DNA from: Alphaproteobacteria bacterium
Lineage (GTDB): Bacteria > Pseudomonadota > Alphaproteobacteria > CAAHEQ01 > UBA3637
Length of the DNA stretch: 64,000 nucleotides
Direction of reading: 5' to 3'
NCBI GenBank assembly: GCA_045605805.1
Contig: JAZUQR010000010.1
Coordinates: forward strand, 70,815 to 134,814
Shown here in pieces: positions 62,801 through 64,000 of the stretch; position 1 is the stretch's first letter, and each line of letters opens with the position of its first letter. A program made the translations under genes and the position numbers. The notes under the pieces were generated by a model. It made no database searches. It saw nothing but the letters and a program-made list of their open reading frames with translations, and had not been told where the DNA came from.

Positions 62801-64000
62801 GTCGGCTGTTTCAACAGCAGGTAATTCACCCGGATTCATAATCTTATAGATATCAATCAAGGCTTCTTCTCTGGTTGTGTTTTTATCGGCCACCAATGTG
62901 TCACGGATATAGGACCCAACGGTCACATTATCAATAAACAAGACGGGGATTTCTTTTGTTTTTAACTCATTTAATTTGGCAAAATCGTCTTCTGTCAATT
63001 CATCACCGGCTTCCAAAATCACTTCACCTGTTTTTTCATCAATTAAATCAGATGCTACAAAACGACCATATAAATCTTCGTCTTTTAATAAGATTTCTTT
63101 TAGGCCATCTCGTTCCAACTTTTTGGCTTTGGCGGCAATCAATTTTTCGCCTTTTGGAGCCACAACTGTCCCATCTTCGGCGTTCACCAAATCATACATC
63201 AACTTTGTGCCTTTGATGCGTTCTGCATTATAGGCTGTTTTCCAACCTTTTTTCACACGAGTGAATACTGTTGTTTCATAGAAGGCATTTAAGATTTCTT
63301 CTTTGCTCATCCCTATCACATCGGATGGATCAATTTCTTTGCCCGCTTTGGCAGCTTCGGCCCGTTTTTCGGCTGTATACGCACTGTCTAAGGCATACAA
63401 GAATGTTGTAGCCGGCAATTTGCGGCGGCGGTCTATACGTACATAGAGCAAGTCTTTGGCATCAAATTCAAAGTCAATCCATGACCCACGATACGGAATA
63501 ATACGGGCGCTGAATAAATATTTACCCGAGGAGTGTGTTTCACCGTTATCATGCCCAAAGAAAACACCAGGGGAACGGTGCATTTGGCTTACCACCACAC
63601 GTTCTGTGCCATTCACCACAAATGTACCCTTTTCTGTCATCATAGGCAAATCGCCCATATAGACATCTTGTTCCTTAATATCACGAATGGAACGGGCGCC
63701 TGTATCAGCATCCACATCCCACACAACCAAACGCAATGTCGCACGCACCGGTACGGAATAAGTTAAACTGCGTTTCAAACATTCATCCACATCAAACTTT
63801 GGCTCATCCAGTTCATATTTGACGAATTCCAAATCCCCCCGTCCAGAAAAATCGTGAATCGGAAAGATAGAACCAAATACTGCTTGCAACCCTTTGTCTT
63901 CCCGCTTATCTGCCGGAACACCTTCTTGCAAAAAATGTTTATAAGACTGAACTTGGACATCAATCAAGTCTGGCATTTCCATAATGCTTTCAATGCGTCC
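59867..64000 (-). CDS. rpoB: DNA-directed RNA polymerase subunit beta (5' end truncated by the window edge, ~20 codons missing)
   Basis: Colinear with RpoB throughout. The reading frame is open to position 64000 (…[20 protein letters not shown]… aligns to E. coli residues ~20+). Confidence 0.97.
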   Translation of the reverse strand, partial: GRIESIMEMPDLIDVQVQSYKHFLQEGVPADKREDKGLQAVFGSIFPIHDFSGRGDLEFVKYELDEPKFDVDECLKRSLTYSVPVRATLRLVVWDVDADTGARSIRDIKEQDVYMGDLPMMTEKGTFVVNGTERVVVSQMHRSPGVFFGHDNGETHSSGKYLFSARIIPYRGSWIDFEFDAKDLLYVRIDRRRKLPATTFLYALDSAYTAEKRAEAAKAGKEIDPSDVIGMSKEEILNAFYETTVFTRVKKGWKTAYNAERIKGTKLMYDLVNAEDGTVVAPKGEKLIAAKAKKLERDGLKEILLKDEDLYGRFVASDLIDEKTGEVILEAGDELTEDDFAKLNELKTKEIPVLFIDNVTVGSYIRDTLVADKNTTREEALIDIYKIMNPGELPAVETADQRFRNMIFNPEHYDLSAVGRVKLNARLGVSNEEVPPTMRILRKEDVLGVMKILTQIKDGLGNVDDIDNLGNRRVRPVGELMENQYRIGLLRMERLIREHMTSSDIDTVMPSDLVNAKPLSTAVREFFASSQLSQFMDQNNPLSEITHKRRLSALGPGGLTRDRAGMEVRDVHPTHYGRICPIETPEGQNIGLINSLATYAKVDEYGFIETPYRKVVDKKVTDEVVYMTAMEESKYTIAQANSLKNEKGELIEEMVTARRDGEVTMVRPEEVDFIDLIARQIVSAAASLIPFLENDDANRALMGSNMQKQGVPLLKNQSPLVGTGMELMVAKDSRAALTAKRSGVVEFVDSSRIVIRATEEVDTHASGVDIYRLGKFQRSNVDTCMTQEPLVHTGDKVEKGEIIADGACTEMGELALGRNVLVAFMPWNGYNYEDAILISERIARDDVFTSIHIREYEITARDTKLGQEEITRDIPNVGEDALRNLDETGVIYVGAEVKAGDILVGRVTPKGETVMTPEEKLLRTIFGEKAADVRDSSLRVPPGVSGTVVDVRVFTRRGLEKDERALAIEQAEISKLAKDRDDEKAILEGNFAYRARQLLVGQTVSKADKFKKGDVLTAEDLQELNDVALRKINVADDKVMAEMEQLIQTLDEGERVLQSKFENKVEKLQRGDDMMAGELKKIRVFVATKMKLQLGDKMSGRHGNKGVVSRVLPIEDMPYTADGKPVDIVLNPLGVPSRMNVGQILETHLGYACHKLGEQINEVVKQVKANTAKVEDLRAKLKDVYGDKEYNAKVAELNDEDVMKMAANLKDGMPIATPVFDGAHQEDIDAMLKKAGLDVSGQVTLFDGRTGEPFERKVTIGYMYMLKLHHLVDEKIHARSIGPYSLVTQQPLGGKAQFGGQRFGEMEVWALEAYGAAYTLQEMLTIKSDDVSGRVKAYEAIIRGDTSFEAGIPESFNVLVKEMRSLGLDVELNQNEQ

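Overview
This 64-kb window is a compact, AT-rich bacterial chromosome segment whose gene content points to an Alphaproteobacteria-like, probably host-associated, lineage. Supporting marks are DUF4167, rpoZ adjacent to a single RelA/SpoT homologue, dnaN-recF-gyrB without dnaA, and many 1-4 nt gene overlaps. Most of it is housekeeping: rpoB (5' end cut by the window edge), rpoC, dnaK-dnaJ, gyrB, recF, dnaN, typA, rho, metG, spoT, rpoZ, acpS, kdsB, rnhB, lgt, rnd, rsmE, pckG (GTP-type PEPCK), a Na+-translocating oxaloacetate decarboxylase operon oadGAB (I read oadG myself; it is missing from the ORF track), and peptidoglycan-recycling genes (anmK-like, ampG). No rRNA, no convincing tRNA, no CRISPR array and no IS/transposase were seen. 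Several things stand out against this background:
(1) a 1118-aa secreted, extremely cysteine-rich CXXC-repeat protein. It carries ~17-aa 'C-x-x-C...TP-x-W-N-x-T-x-C' modules reminiscent of eukaryotic (Giardia-VSP or furin-like) repeats, a conserved N-x-T sequon in nearly every module, visibly higher G+C than its neighbours, and ~50-bp exact internal DNA repeats. Its stop codon abuts that of rnhB with zero spacer.
(2) a Doc-type Fic protein (HPFNDGNKR motif) encoded directly downstream of dnaK-dnaJ.
(3) a fused RsbW-like kinase / receiver / PP2C (RsbU-like) phosphatase protein.
(4) a membrane-anchored protein with a T4-lysozyme-like catalytic motif and a perfect 105-bp tandem duplication, driven by a consensus TTGACA-17-TATAAT promoter.
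(5) a tandem-NYN nuclease-like protein between pckG and rho.
(6) a ~200-nt structured candidate sRNA with its own terminator.
(7) two identical 24-bp hairpin elements bracketing a lipoprotein gene next to rpoC.
All calls rest on reading the sequence and recognising motifs; no database search was possible.
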